A stretch of 36,612 nt of DNA from an uncultured bacterium (GTDB lineage: Bacteria > Lernaellota > Lernaellaia > Lernaellales > Lernaellaceae), in assembly GCA_964534375.1 (NCBI GenBank), contig CAZHPN010000042.1, positions 1 through 36,612 of the forward strand. Reading direction: 5' to 3'. Positions 8,508 to 20,660 of this stretch are shown piece after piece. The translations under genes and the position numbers were made by a program. The notes below the pieces were generated by a model. The model saw only the letters and a program-made list of their open reading frames with translations. It made no database searches and had not been told where the DNA came from. Position 1 is the first letter of the stretch; every line of letters begins with the position of its first letter.

Positions 8508-9893
8508 ATGATTCGATGCTGGAAGGCGGCGGCCATCGTGATGGCGCTGCTGGCCGTGGCTGCGTCGGCCTCGGCGTTCGACTTGCAGGAGTGCCTGCGT
8601 CGCGGGTTGGCGTCGTCGGACCGAGTGCTGGCCGCCCAAGCGCAATGGGACAAAGCGAAGATGGACGAGGGCGCGACGATTCCGAATTTCCTGCCCCAGA
8701 TTTCGGCGACGGGCGAAAAGCTGTGGCTGAACGAGCACCTGACGTTTACGTTCCCGACCCCCGCCTTTCCGTCCAACTTTACGGCGCACGACAAAGAACT
8801 GTTAGGCGTGGTGTTCGGCGCCTTCAGTTCGTTGGACTCGCTGATCAAGTTGCCGACCTACATGAACGACCTGACGATCAAGGCGTACGAGCCGTTGTCG
8901 ATGATCCCGCAATTGGCAATGTACTCGAAAATGGCGGATGACGGCCGGAACCTGGCGCACCTGGGTTACGAGGTCACGCGCGACCAGATCACGCTGTATC
9001 TCAGCGCCTCGTACTTCGCCGTGCTCCTGTCGCAGAAGCGCGTGAAGGCGCTGCAACGGGCCGACGAGCAGGTCAATCGCCTCTTGCAGGACGGCAAGAA
9101 CATGGAGGCGCAGGGGTTGATCACCAAAGCCGACTTGCTCAAATTCGAAATCCGCCAGGGCGAAGTGGAAATCCAGTTGCTGCAGGCGAAGAACGACGAG
9201 GTGCAGGCGCGCTCGTTGCTGGCGAAGCTGCTGGAAATGCCGATCGACCAGATCGTCTGCGAAGACATGCAGATCCCGCCGACGCAGTTGCACGATCTGG
9301 ATTGGTACGTCGATAACGGCCAGCAGGGACGGCGCGAATTGCGCATGACGTCTCTGCAAGAAAGCATCGCGCGGGCGAACAGCACCGCCGCGTATCTGAA
9401 TCTGATTCCGCAGTTGGGCGCCGTCGGGCAGGCGGAATGGACGCAAACCGACTACATTCTGACGCCCGATCGCCAATACACCTACGGCCTGGTGCTGTCC
9501 TGGAATTTCTGGGGCCTCGGCAAAGACGTCCTCAACGCGCAGTCGGCCGCATACGCCAAGGACCAGGCGACGCACGAAGCCCGCGCCGCCCGCATCGATA
9601 TCCGGATGTCGATCGAAAAGGCCTACCATGACGCGGTCGTCGCCCACCAAAGCGTCGACGTGTCGCAGCGCACCCTCGCGCAGGCCGAGGAAAACTTCCG
9701 CATCGAACAAAACCGTTACAAAGCGGGCAAAACCACCGCTTACGATCTGCTGGGCGCCCAGACGCAACTGACCGGCGCCGAAACCGGCTACGCCGCCGCG
9801 GTCTATGGCGCCGCGTTGGCCGATGCCAGCCTCGACGCCGCGATCGGCCGCAAACCCTTCGCCGCCATCCAAGGAGATGCCAAACATGAATAA
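8508..9893 (+). CDS. TolC-family outer membrane efflux protein
   Basis: Signal peptide, AYFAVLL and AEENFRIEQNRYKAGKTTAYDLLGAQ OEP motifs; AGGAG RBS 7 nt before ATG 8508. Confidence 0.9.
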   Translation: MIRCWKAAAIVMALLAVAASASAFDLQECLRRGLASSDRVLAAQAQWDKAKMDEGATIPNFLPQISATGEKLWLNEHLTFTFPTPAFPSNFTAHDKELLGVVFGAFSSLDSLIKLPTYMNDLTIKAYEPLSMIPQLAMYSKMADDGRNLAHLGYEVTRDQITLYLSASYFAVLLSQKRVKALQRADEQVNRLLQDGKNMEAQGLITKADLLKFEIRQGEVEIQLLQAKNDEVQARSLLAKLLEMPIDQIVCEDMQIPPTQLHDLDWYVDNGQQGRRELRMTSLQESIARANSTAAYLNLIPQLGAVGQAEWTQTDYILTPDRQYTYGLVLSWNFWGLGKDVLNAQSAAYAKDQATHEARAARIDIRMSIEKAYHDAVVAHQSVDVSQRTLAQAEENFRIEQNRYKAGKTTAYDLLGAQTQLTGAETGYAAAVYGAALADASLDAAIGRKPFAAIQGDAKHE

Positions 9894-11117
9894 GCGCTAC
9901 CATGCCGTTCGGCGGCCGTCGGTCGTCGTGGGTTTGATCCTGTTGCTCGCCCTGGCCGCCGCCTGCGGCGGCAAGACCGAGAAATCGGCCAGCGTCGTCG
10001 CGGATCTGGCGATGCCCGTCGCCACCATCACCGCCGGCCAGGGCACGAGCGCCGGCGAGTTCATCGTTTCCGGTTCCTTGCAGCCGCTCAACCACACGAC
10101 GATCTCGACCGAGGTCGGCGGCACCGTGCGCACGGTGAACGTCGAAGTCGGCGATCGCGTCCGCCGCGGCCAGACGCTGGCGCAACTGGACCTTTCCGAC
10201 TTCACGCTCGGCGTGCAGCAGGCGGAAGCCGCGCGCGACGCCGCGGCGATCGCCTTTGAAACGGCCGAAAAGAACTACCAGCGCTTCGTCAGCCTGCACA
10301 AGGACGGTTCGGCGTCGCCGGCCGACCTCGATCAAGCGACGCTCGGTTTCAAAGGGGCGAAGGCGAATCTGGAGCAGGCGACAGCCATGTGCGGCCTGGC
10401 GCGCAACCGCCTGAGCAAGGCGACCGTTCGCGCGCCGTATGACGGCCAGGTGACGCAGCGCCTAGTCAGCGTCGGCGCCTACGTCGATGCGATGATGCAC
10501 CCGGTGATGTTCGTCATGGTCGACAACTCGAAACTGCGCGCGATGCTCGATCTGCCGGAAATGCGCGCCGCGTTGCTCGCGCCCGGCGACGCCGTGCGGC
10601 TCGCCTTGCCGTCGCTGCAGCGTGAAATCACGGCCCAGATCACCGTCATCACCGACTCGGTCGACCCGATGTCGCACACGCGGACCGCGGTCGCGACGAT
10701 CGCCAACGCCGGGCCGAATCCGCTGCCCAGCGGCATCTACTTCGAGGCGCACATCGTGCCCGCCGCGCTGCGCGGCAAGATCATGCTGCCCGCCGCGGCC
10801 GTGCGCACAGAGGCCGGCGGCAGATATTCGGCGTACGTCGCGCAAAGCGGCAAAGCGGTGCAAAAGGCAATTACCGGTAAATTCCTCGCCGACAACAGCG
10901 AATTTATCGTGGAAAACGGCATCGAGACCGGGGAAAAGGTTGTGGTCGAATCGACGATGGTGCGCAACGGCCAACCGCTGGCGATCGCCGAAGAGGCGCC
11001 CGCCGCGGCGGACGCGACGGCGCCGGCGGCCAAGCCGGCGGACGCGAAGCCGGCCGCCCCGACCGCGAAAATGAAGACGGCGCCGGCGGCCAATCTCGCT
11101 CAAAAGGAGAGCGGCAA

Positions 11118-11121
<4 letters not shown>
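9886..11121 (+). CDS. RND efflux periplasmic adaptor (membrane fusion protein), lipoprotein
   Basis: Lipobox LAAAC, lipoyl-like VEVGDRVRRGQTLAQLD, VRAPYDGQV; AAGGAG RBS; overlaps the tolC-like stop. Confidence 0.92.
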
Positions 11122-14215
<3,094 letters not shown>

Positions 14216-14219
<4 letters not shown>

Positions 14220-14812
14220 ACGACACCGGCCAGCCGCGCACCCGGGAGCATATTCTGCGGGCCGCGCTCCACCTTTTCGCGGAGCGCGGCTATCCGCAAA
14301 CCTCGATGGACGAAATCGCCAAAGAGGTCGGCGTCACCAAGCCGGCGATTTATCACTATTTCGACAGCAAGGAGAAACTGTTTCAGGCGCTGGTCGAACT
14401 GGCGAAGGTCGAACAGCGCCGCCGAATCGAGGAAGCGCGCGCGAAAAACCTGCCGCTTCCGGAATTGCTGGAATACCTGATCGGCGCCGCGCTGGCGATG
14501 ATTCGCGACGAGCCCGACTGGGTACAGATGATGTTCCGCGTCAACTCGTATGCTCACGAGCTCGGCAAATTGCTGGATCTCGCGGCGGTGCAGCGCGAGA
14601 TCCACGCCGAAGAGGTGGCGTTGTTCGCCGACGCGATCGCCGACGCCCGTTTGCGCCCCGGATTGACCATCGGGGATTTCGTCGACTTCTACCACGGCGT
14701 CGTCTATTCGCTGATGAGCCGCTGCTTCCTGATGGGCGACTTCCTCGACAGCGAGCGCCTCGCGGCCCGCGTGCGGGATATGATTCTGTATGGCGCGCTG
14801 GCGCGGGAGTAG
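14216..14812 (+). CDS. TetR/AcrR family transcriptional regulator
   Basis: TREHILRAALHLFAERGY..TSMDEIAKEVGVTKPAIYHYFDSKEKLF N-terminal HTH; ATGA overlap with the permease. Confidence 0.95.
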
Positions 14813-14813
14813 G

Positions 14814-14841
14814 CAATGCGGAATGGCGAATGCGGAATGAC
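14814..14841. repeat. Heptamer array (GAATGCG/GAATGGC, 4 units)
   Basis: CAATGCG GAATGGC GAATGCG GAATGAC immediately after the tetR stop. Confidence 0.75.
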
Positions 14842-14883
14842 GGGCAATGAAAAATTACGGGCGTGACGCGGGGAGTGGCGAAA

Positions 14884-15231
14884 TTATAAATTAGACCTCG
14901 CGGTTTTGGCTGAGGCGACGACGATGCGCAGGATTTCGCCCGCCTCGCCCATTAATTCCGTCAATCGAGCTTGCGAGATAGCGCCGCTTTCGACAAGCAG
15001 TTCCATCCAGAACAAAGTTTCGTCGAACTCCTCCTCCACGATGCCAAGTTTGGCGACGAAATCCTTTTTCGATTTCGCGCGGCAGGCGGCGCGGTAGTTC
15101 GCGGCGACCGATGTGCCGCTGCGAAGCAATTGCCTGCCGATCACCTCGGCCGTTCACCCCTTCGGCAACGCTTCAGACGCGCGGATTACGCGCAGCGCAA
15201 ACGCCTTCGTTCGATCCTTCAAATCATTCAC
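14884..15231 (-). pseudogene. Four-helix-bundle protein (23S rRNA intervening-sequence protein / Avd-like) with an in-frame stop
   Basis: From GTG 15231 it reads VNDLKDRTKAFALRVIRASEALPKG*TAEVIGRQLLRSGTSVAANYRAACRAKSKKDFVAKLGIVEEEFDETLFWMELL; the TGA is at 15154-15156. Confidence 0.85.
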
Positions 15232-15257
15232 TGTTCATTCCCCTTTTGGCGCACACG

Positions 15258-15317
15258 ATTCCGCATTTGTCCGACATTCCGCATTCCGCATTCCGCATTT
15301 GTCCGACATTCCGCATT
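15258..15317. repeat. (ATTCCGC)n heptamer array containing a 28-bp direct repeat
   Basis: ATTCCGCATTTGTCCGACATTCCGCATT at 15258-15285 and 15290-15317; orientation is inverted relative to 14814-14841. Confidence 0.85.
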
Positions 15318-16425
15318 ACCCCACCAGCGCTGTTCCCAGCGCGATGCCCGCCGGGCTCGCCACCCAGCCCACGAGCACCATTCCCCATGCAATGCCGTAC
15401 GCCGGGTTATCCGATGATGTCTCGTCGCCGAACACCGCGAACAACGCCGTGGTGTAAACGCCGACGGTCGCGCCGTAGACCAAGAGAATCGGCAGGCCGA
15501 AGACGCCCGCGGCGAAGCGGTGCAAAAGATACAGCAAGGCCAGCGCGCCGAGGCCGCAGGCGGCGGCGCGATTCAGCCGCCGCCAGCCGAGGCGGCCGTA
15601 CAGCAGGCCCGCCCCCACCGCGCCCAGCAAGTGCGCCGCGCCGAACCAGCGCCAGTCGCGGGCGGAGGCGAGAATCGCCGTCTCGCCCGGCGCCCGCGAG
15701 ACCAGCACGAACAGCGCCGTGTCGGCGAACACCACCGCCGCGAGCGGCAGCAGCCGGCGCAGCATGGCGCCGATGGCGCCGGGGCGGCCGAGCGGCGGCG
15801 CGGTTCGGGCGAACGCCCCAGGAAGCAGGACAATTATGATATTCGAGCCGATCAGCGCCATGTCGAACGCCGCGACCGCCTCGGGCCGGCGCGCCGCCCA
15901 ACCGAGCAGGCTGGCGATCGAATAGATCGCCCCGGCGGTCGCGCCCGCGGCGAGGCCGCGCCGGTCCGCCGGCACGGCCAGCGAAAAGAGCGTCAACAAC
16001 GAAACGATGAGCAAGCCGAGCGCCAAGCCCAGCGGCGCAAAGGCGACGATCAGCGTGCCGCGCGAGGGCGCGAGCATCGCCCCGGCGGCCGCGCCGGCCG
16101 CGGCAAGCGACAACAGCCCCGCGGCGCGCGCGATCGCCCGCTGCGCCAGTTTGCGCCGGTCGATGAGCCGCCCTGCGAGCAGACTCCCCGCGATGCCGCC
16201 CAGCGCCAGCAACGCAAAGCCCGGCGCCAGGTCGCGTTCGCCGAGGCCGAGCGCCGCCGCCGCGCGCCGCAACAGGGCGTACTGCACGAAATTCACGTAA
16301 AAGATGAAGCTCGAAAAAAGCGCGTAGCAGGCGAGGAACGCGCCCGCGTAATGGCGAATGGCGAATGGCGAATGGCGAATTCCAGACGGCGTCGCGTCGG
16401 TAATTACCGGGCAATCACTTTCCAT
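15316..16425 (-). CDS. Multi-pass membrane protein, MFS-like
   Basis: About 11-12 hydrophobic segments and GSLLAGRLIDRRK (motif-A-like). ATG 16425 overlaps the upstream gene end; the start is uncertain. Confidence 0.65.
   Translation of the reverse strand: MESDCPVITDATPSGIRHSPFAIRHYAGAFLACYALFSSFIFYVNFVQYALLRRAAAALGLGERDLAPGFALLALGGIAGSLLAGRLIDRRKLAQRAIARAAGLLSLAAAGAAAGAMLAPSRGTLIVAFAPLGLALGLLIVSLLTLFSLAVPADRRGLAAGATAGAIYSIASLLGWAARRPEAVAAFDMALIGSNIIIVLLPGAFARTAPPLGRPGAIGAMLRRLLPLAAVVFADTALFVLVSRAPGETAILASARDWRWFGAAHLLGAVGAGLLYGRLGWRRLNRAAACGLGALALLYLLHRFAAGVFGLPILLVYGATVGVYTTALFAVFGDETSSDNPAYGIAWGMVLVGWVASPAGIALGTALVG
16350..16377. repeat. Perfect (AATGGCG)x4 heptamer array inside the 5' end of the membrane-protein ORF
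   Basis: Four exact copies, translated as IRHSPFAIRH on the minus strand. Confidence 0.9.
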
Positions 16426-17536
16426 GTCGAAAAACGCTTTTCAGCAGTTCCCAGCCGATCGCCGGCAGTTTGCGCTTCAACATCCCGCCGGTTTTGAGAT
16501 AGCTCGGCTGGTCGGTCATGATGTCCATCAAAAAGCGGCGCATCGTCGGGCTGCGGCGCGCCACCGCGTAGACGCGTTCGATCGTCGGCGGATCGTAAAA
16601 CCAACGCGACAGCTCGGACGCCTTCGCCAACTCGGCCCCGTACGCCGTGCGCCACTCGGCTTCGTAACGCGCCGGCGCGCCGGCGAGCAGCGCCTCGGCC
16701 AGCAATTTCCCGTCCCATAGCGCGTACAGAATGCCCTCGCCGGTGAGCGCGTCGACGTGCCCCGCCGCGTCGCCGATCGCCGCGAAACCCTCGCCGACAA
16801 CCGGCCCGCGAAAAAATGCCGGATCGCGGATGAACGGAATCGGCGCGGCCCACTTTTTCAGAATCGGCGCCTGCGGAAATTGCGCCAGGCGAAAGCGCTC
16901 GACCTCCGCCCACATGTTCATTGTCGGGTCGCTGCTGCCGCCGCCGAGGCAAATGTGGTCGGCGCGCGGAAACGCCCAGACGTAGCCCGGGCGCGGCAGA
17001 AACCACGTCCAGGCGGCCGGCGACTCGGCGCGGACGAAATAGCCGACCGTCATCGTCAACAAGTTCCGCGGAATCGGACCCAGCAGATCGCGGCGGACGA
17101 TCGACTTCGCGCCGTCGGCGCCGATCAGAAAATCGGCGGCGATTTCGCTGGCGCCTTGCAGCACGAAGCCGCGCCCCTCGCGCCGCACCCGCCGCACCGC
17201 GGCGTGCACGAACTTCGCGCCGGCCTGCGCCGCGAGCGCGCGCAGCGCACCGTCGAAGTCGCGGCGGGACGTCACCCACATCGGCTGGCGGCTGGTCAGC
17301 AAAACGTCCTCGCCCTTGGGTGAAACAAAGTGGCCGTCGAGCACCGGGCGCCGCGGGCCTTCATAAGCGTCGATCTCGGCGAAGCGCTCGCGCACCTTCG
17401 GCGGCACGCCGCCGCCGCACGGCTTTTCCCACGCCGCCGCTTCGCGGTCGACCAGCGTCACATCCGCGCCGGCCTTCGCGAGGTGATACGCGCAGAACGA
17501 ACCGCCCGGCCCCGCCCCGACGATGACGATCTTCAC
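16415..17536 (-). CDS. Geranylgeranyl reductase family FAD-dependent oxidoreductase
   Basis: VKIVIVGAGPGG (Rossmann), EKPCGGG, RRDFD, IGADGAKS, GYVWAFP and IGDAAGHVDALTGEGI; GTG start overlaps the upstream stop (GTGA). Confidence 0.9.
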   Translation of the reverse strand: MKIVIVGAGPGGSFCAYHLAKAGADVTLVDREAAAWEKPCGGGVPPKVRERFAEIDAYEGPRRPVLDGHFVSPKGEDVLLTSRQPMWVTSRRDFDGALRALAAQAGAKFVHAAVRRVRREGRGFVLQGASEIAADFLIGADGAKSIVRRDLLGPIPRNLLTMTVGYFVRAESPAAWTWFLPRPGYVWAFPRADHICLGGGSSDPTMNMWAEVERFRLAQFPQAPILKKWAAPIPFIRDPAFFRGPVVGEGFAAIGDAAGHVDALTGEGILYALWDGKLLAEALLAGAPARYEAEWRTAYGAELAKASELSRWFYDPPTIERVYAVARRSPTMRRFLMDIMTDQPSYLKTGGMLKRKLPAIGWELLKSVFRHGK

Positions 17537-18453
17537 GCTACACCCTCCAACAACCGCGCCGCGATCGTGCCCGCCAAGAGCAGCGCCCAGAAAATGACGC
17601 CGGTCTGAATCGTCGCCCCGCACGACGCGGTCAATTTCGGCAGTTCGCGCCAGCCGGCCGCGGCGCGGTCGGCCAGGCGCGTCACGCGCGGCAGGAGCAG
17701 CAAGCCGACGATCAACTCGCGCGGCAAAGCGCCGACGAAAATCGCCAGCGCCAGCAGGGCGAAACACGCGTCGGCCGCGGCGCGGGACAATTGCAGGCCG
17801 AACTCCGGCCCGAACCGCGCGACCAGATTCCCCTTTCCCGCGCGCTTGTCGGCCTCGTAATCCGGAATTTGATTGATCGCGATGATCGCCACAGGCCAGA
17901 ACCCGATGATTGCCCCGGCCCACCACGCCGGCGCGTCGATGCGGCCCGCAACGACGTAGTAGCCGGCGAGCGCGGCCAGCGGCCCGTGCGTGACGCCCAT
18001 CGTGATCTCGCCGAGGCCGCGATACGCCAACCGCAACGGCGGCGCCGTATACGCCCAGCCGAGGAACATCCCGGATGCGGCCACGGCGGCGAGCGGCCAG
18101 CCCGTCGCGAACGTCAGCGCCGTGAAAATGACCGCCGCCGCGCCGAGCGTCGCATAGCCGGCGCGCCGCACCTGCCCCGCGGTCAGCAACCCGTCTTCGA
18201 TGACGCGTGTGCCGCCGGAAAACGGCGTGCGCACCGGGTTGTCGACGTCGGCGCCGGACAAGTGGTCATAGTGGTCATTCAGCATGTTGCTCGCGGCGTG
18301 CGTCAGCCACACGGCCGCCTGCGTCGCCAGCAGCAAGCCCCAGCGCAGCGGGAAGCCGTGCCGCCACGCCAGCGCGGCGCCCAGGCTGACGGGCATCAAG
18401 CTCGTAAGCAAAACGCCGCGGAAAAAACCGGTGGCTTGCAACCATGTCTTCAT
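17533..18453 (-). CDS. menA: UbiA-family prenyltransferase, MenA-like
   Basis: NMLNDHYDHLSGAD, TPFSGG, YTAPPLRLAYRGLGE and NQIPDYEADKRAGK; multiple TM helices. Confidence 0.78.
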   Translation of the reverse strand: MKTWLQATGFFRGVLLTSLMPVSLGAALAWRHGFPLRWGLLLATQAAVWLTHAASNMLNDHYDHLSGADVDNPVRTPFSGGTRVIEDGLLTAGQVRRAGYATLGAAAVIFTALTFATGWPLAAVAASGMFLGWAYTAPPLRLAYRGLGEITMGVTHGPLAALAGYYVVAGRIDAPAWWAGAIIGFWPVAIIAINQIPDYEADKRAGKGNLVARFGPEFGLQLSRAAADACFALLALAIFVGALPRELIVGLLLLPRVTRLADRAAAGWRELPKLTASCGATIQTGVIFWALLLAGTIAARLLEGVA

Positions 18454-18858
18454 CGAGTTGACGCTTCATCGACGGCGCAACGCGCGCCGCTCAAAGGGAA
18501 ATTCGTTGACCACAAAGCGCGGCGATTGTAAACAACCCGCGGTTCTTTTCCAAGGCTTTCGGCCTCGCGGCGGATTCGGCCGAGCGGCTGGGGCGCCGCC
18601 GGATAACGCCGCTTTGACTTCGGCCCCGGAATCCACTAGAAAAGCCGTGGAACCCGGTTCTTCCGGACCGGGGAAGCGTCCTTTGAGAAATTTGGCGGAA
18701 ATCTTCGCGCGCCGCCGCCGGCGTTTCGCCGATGACAGTCGCGCGAACGAGATTTATCGTATGTTTTGCATCGGGGACATCCGCCAGGATGTCCTCTTGT
18801 GATGGGGCGATTCGATCCATTCACCCTCCGCGCCGAACGCCGGCGCCGGGAGCGCAAG

Positions 18859-19470
18859 ATGAAGAGTTCCGGTCCGCCGCCGACGGTCATTCGGCGCCGC
18901 GCGAAAAGCGAACGCAGCCAGCCCGAACCCGCCAAGAAACCGACGGAAAAGTTCCACTTCGACCGCGACGCGTTCCGCGCCGCCCATCCGGCCGGCGAGG
19001 AAAATCCGTACCTGGATCGCGAGGCGATGCGCGATCGCCCGCCGGTCGACCCCAAGGCCGCCGCCGAACGGCCCAAGGGCGTCGTGCCGCCGCGGCGCAA
19101 CTACGCCCTCGTGGACGGCATCGATCCGGCGACGCTGTTCACGGCCTATCACCTTGGCGTGACGGAAGACAACCGTTACCAGTTGCAGAATCTGCACGAG
19201 GTCGCGCGGCGGTTTCGGACCTCGCCGGCGCGCATCAACGAAGCGCTCCGCGCCTACGAGATCGATTCCGAAACGGTGATGAACACGGACTTCGATATGG
19301 CGATGGCCCAGATCGACATCCGCGTCGCGCCGCCGGGCGTCAGCCGCAAGGCCTTGGCGCTGCAATTGTACGAGGACTTTCGCAGTTCGCCGCGCATCGT
19401 CCGCGATTGGGCCGCCGAGCTGCACAACGACGCCGAAGAGAACCGGCGCATTTTTGAAAAGTTGAAGTGA
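18859..19470 (+). CDS. Hypothetical protein (basic disordered N-terminus, globular C-terminal domain with a possible HTH)
   Basis: ATG after GGGAG; strong GC3 codon bias; NLHEVARRFRTSPARINEAL resembles a helix-turn-helix. Confidence 0.7.
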   Translation: MKSSGPPPTVIRRRAKSERSQPEPAKKPTEKFHFDRDAFRAAHPAGEENPYLDREAMRDRPPVDPKAAAERPKGVVPPRRNYALVDGIDPATLFTAYHLGVTEDNRYQLQNLHEVARRFRTSPARINEALRAYEIDSETVMNTDFDMAMAQIDIRVAPPGVSRKALALQLYEDFRSSPRIVRDWAAELHNDAEENRRIFEKLK

Positions 19471-19501
19471 ACGCGGGCCGCTCGCCCGCCCGCGCAACGA
19501 A

Positions 19502-20410
19502 ATGTCGAACATCTCTTTTCTCGATGGTCCCTTGCCGCGCGACGATTCGGCCGCGCGCCCGAGCGCCGGCGGCCCGGACGAATCTGCGGCCACCGTCCGA
19601 CTCACGATTCTCCGCGCCGGCGCCACGCACGCGCCGGCGCGGCTGTTCGGCGTCGACGAGAGCTGGCGGCGCGTCGAGATCCCGGCGCTGTTCGCGCTGA
19701 TCGAGCATCCGCGTTACGGCGCGACTTTGTTCGACACCGGCTACTCCACGCGTTTTTTCGAGGCGACGCGGGGTTTCCCCGACAGACTATATCGGTGGCT
19801 GACGCCGGTCGCGATCGGCGCCGACGAAAACGCCGGGCCGCAGTTGGCCCGCCGCGGCATACCGCCCGAGCAGATTCGCTGGATCGTCGTCTCCCATTTC
19901 GACCCCGACCACATCGGCGGCCTGCGCGATTTTCCGGGCGCCCGCTTCGTCTGCTCGTGGCGGGCCTGGCGTGCGATCGCCGGCAAGACCGGCCTCGCCG
20001 CGCTGCGCGAGCGCTTGCTGTGCGGTTTGTTGCCCGATGATTTTGCGGCGCGCCTGCACGTGCTGCCCGATCCGCACGGGCCGGCGATCGGCCCGTTGGG
20101 CCCGTCGCACGACCTGTTCGGCGACGGCTCGGTGCTTTTGGTCGCGTTGCCCGGCCACGCCCCGGGCATGCTCGGCGCGGTCGTCGCGACCGATCGCGGC
20201 GAGCAGACGTTGCTGTGCGCCGACGCCTGCTGGACCCGGCGCACGTTCGAGGACCCGCGCCGCCCCGCGGGCGTGCATCCGTTGTTGGCCAAGAACCGTA
20301 CGGCGCAGCGGGAGACCTACCGGTTGTTGCGCCGCCTGCGCGAAGAAATGCCGGGCGTGCAAATCGTGCCGTCGCATTGCCCGGAGACGTTTCGCTCACT
20401 CCAGTCGTGA
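19502..20410 (+). CDS. Metallo-beta-lactamase fold hydrolase (AHL-lactonase-like subgroup)
   Basis: LFDTGY, SHFDPDHIGG, DLFGDGS, LPGHAPG, ADACW and C-terminal PSHC. Confidence 0.88.
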   Translation: MSNISFLDGPLPRDDSAARPSAGGPDESAATVRLTILRAGATHAPARLFGVDESWRRVEIPALFALIEHPRYGATLFDTGYSTRFFEATRGFPDRLYRWLTPVAIGADENAGPQLARRGIPPEQIRWIVVSHFDPDHIGGLRDFPGARFVCSWRAWRAIAGKTGLAALRERLLCGLLPDDFAARLHVLPDPHGPAIGPLGPSHDLFGDGSVLLVALPGHAPGMLGAVVATDRGEQTLLCADACWTRRTFEDPRRPAGVHPLLAKNRTAQRETYRLLRRLREEMPGVQIVPSHCPETFRSLQS

Positions 20411-20660
20411 CCGGGAAATTGACCGGCGCCCGTCCCGGTATTTGCGAGAAGAACGCCCGCGGGGGGCGGTTGTCAGGAGCCGGCTCTCGATGTAAATATG
20501 GCGCCGATCCCGAATGGATTTTGTTGCCGAGCGTCGCCGAATTCGTCGCCCAGCCGTATTCGTCGCGCACGGCTGCGCAAAACGTGATAGACAGCGAGAT
20601 TCCGGAAAAGCGGGCGGCGCCGAATTTCGCATGCGCCGCGGGTCGAGGACGAGGAGCGAG

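Noticed and set aside
15154..15156. TGA recoding (selenocysteine or an alternative genetic code)
   Set aside because: Many intact genes here end in TGA, the position is not a Cys site in this family, and a CGA to TGA mutation is simpler.
14884..15231. Diversity-generating retroelement suggested by the Avd-like gene
   Set aside because: No reverse transcriptase and no template/variable repeat pair with adenine-specific mismatches were seen in the window.
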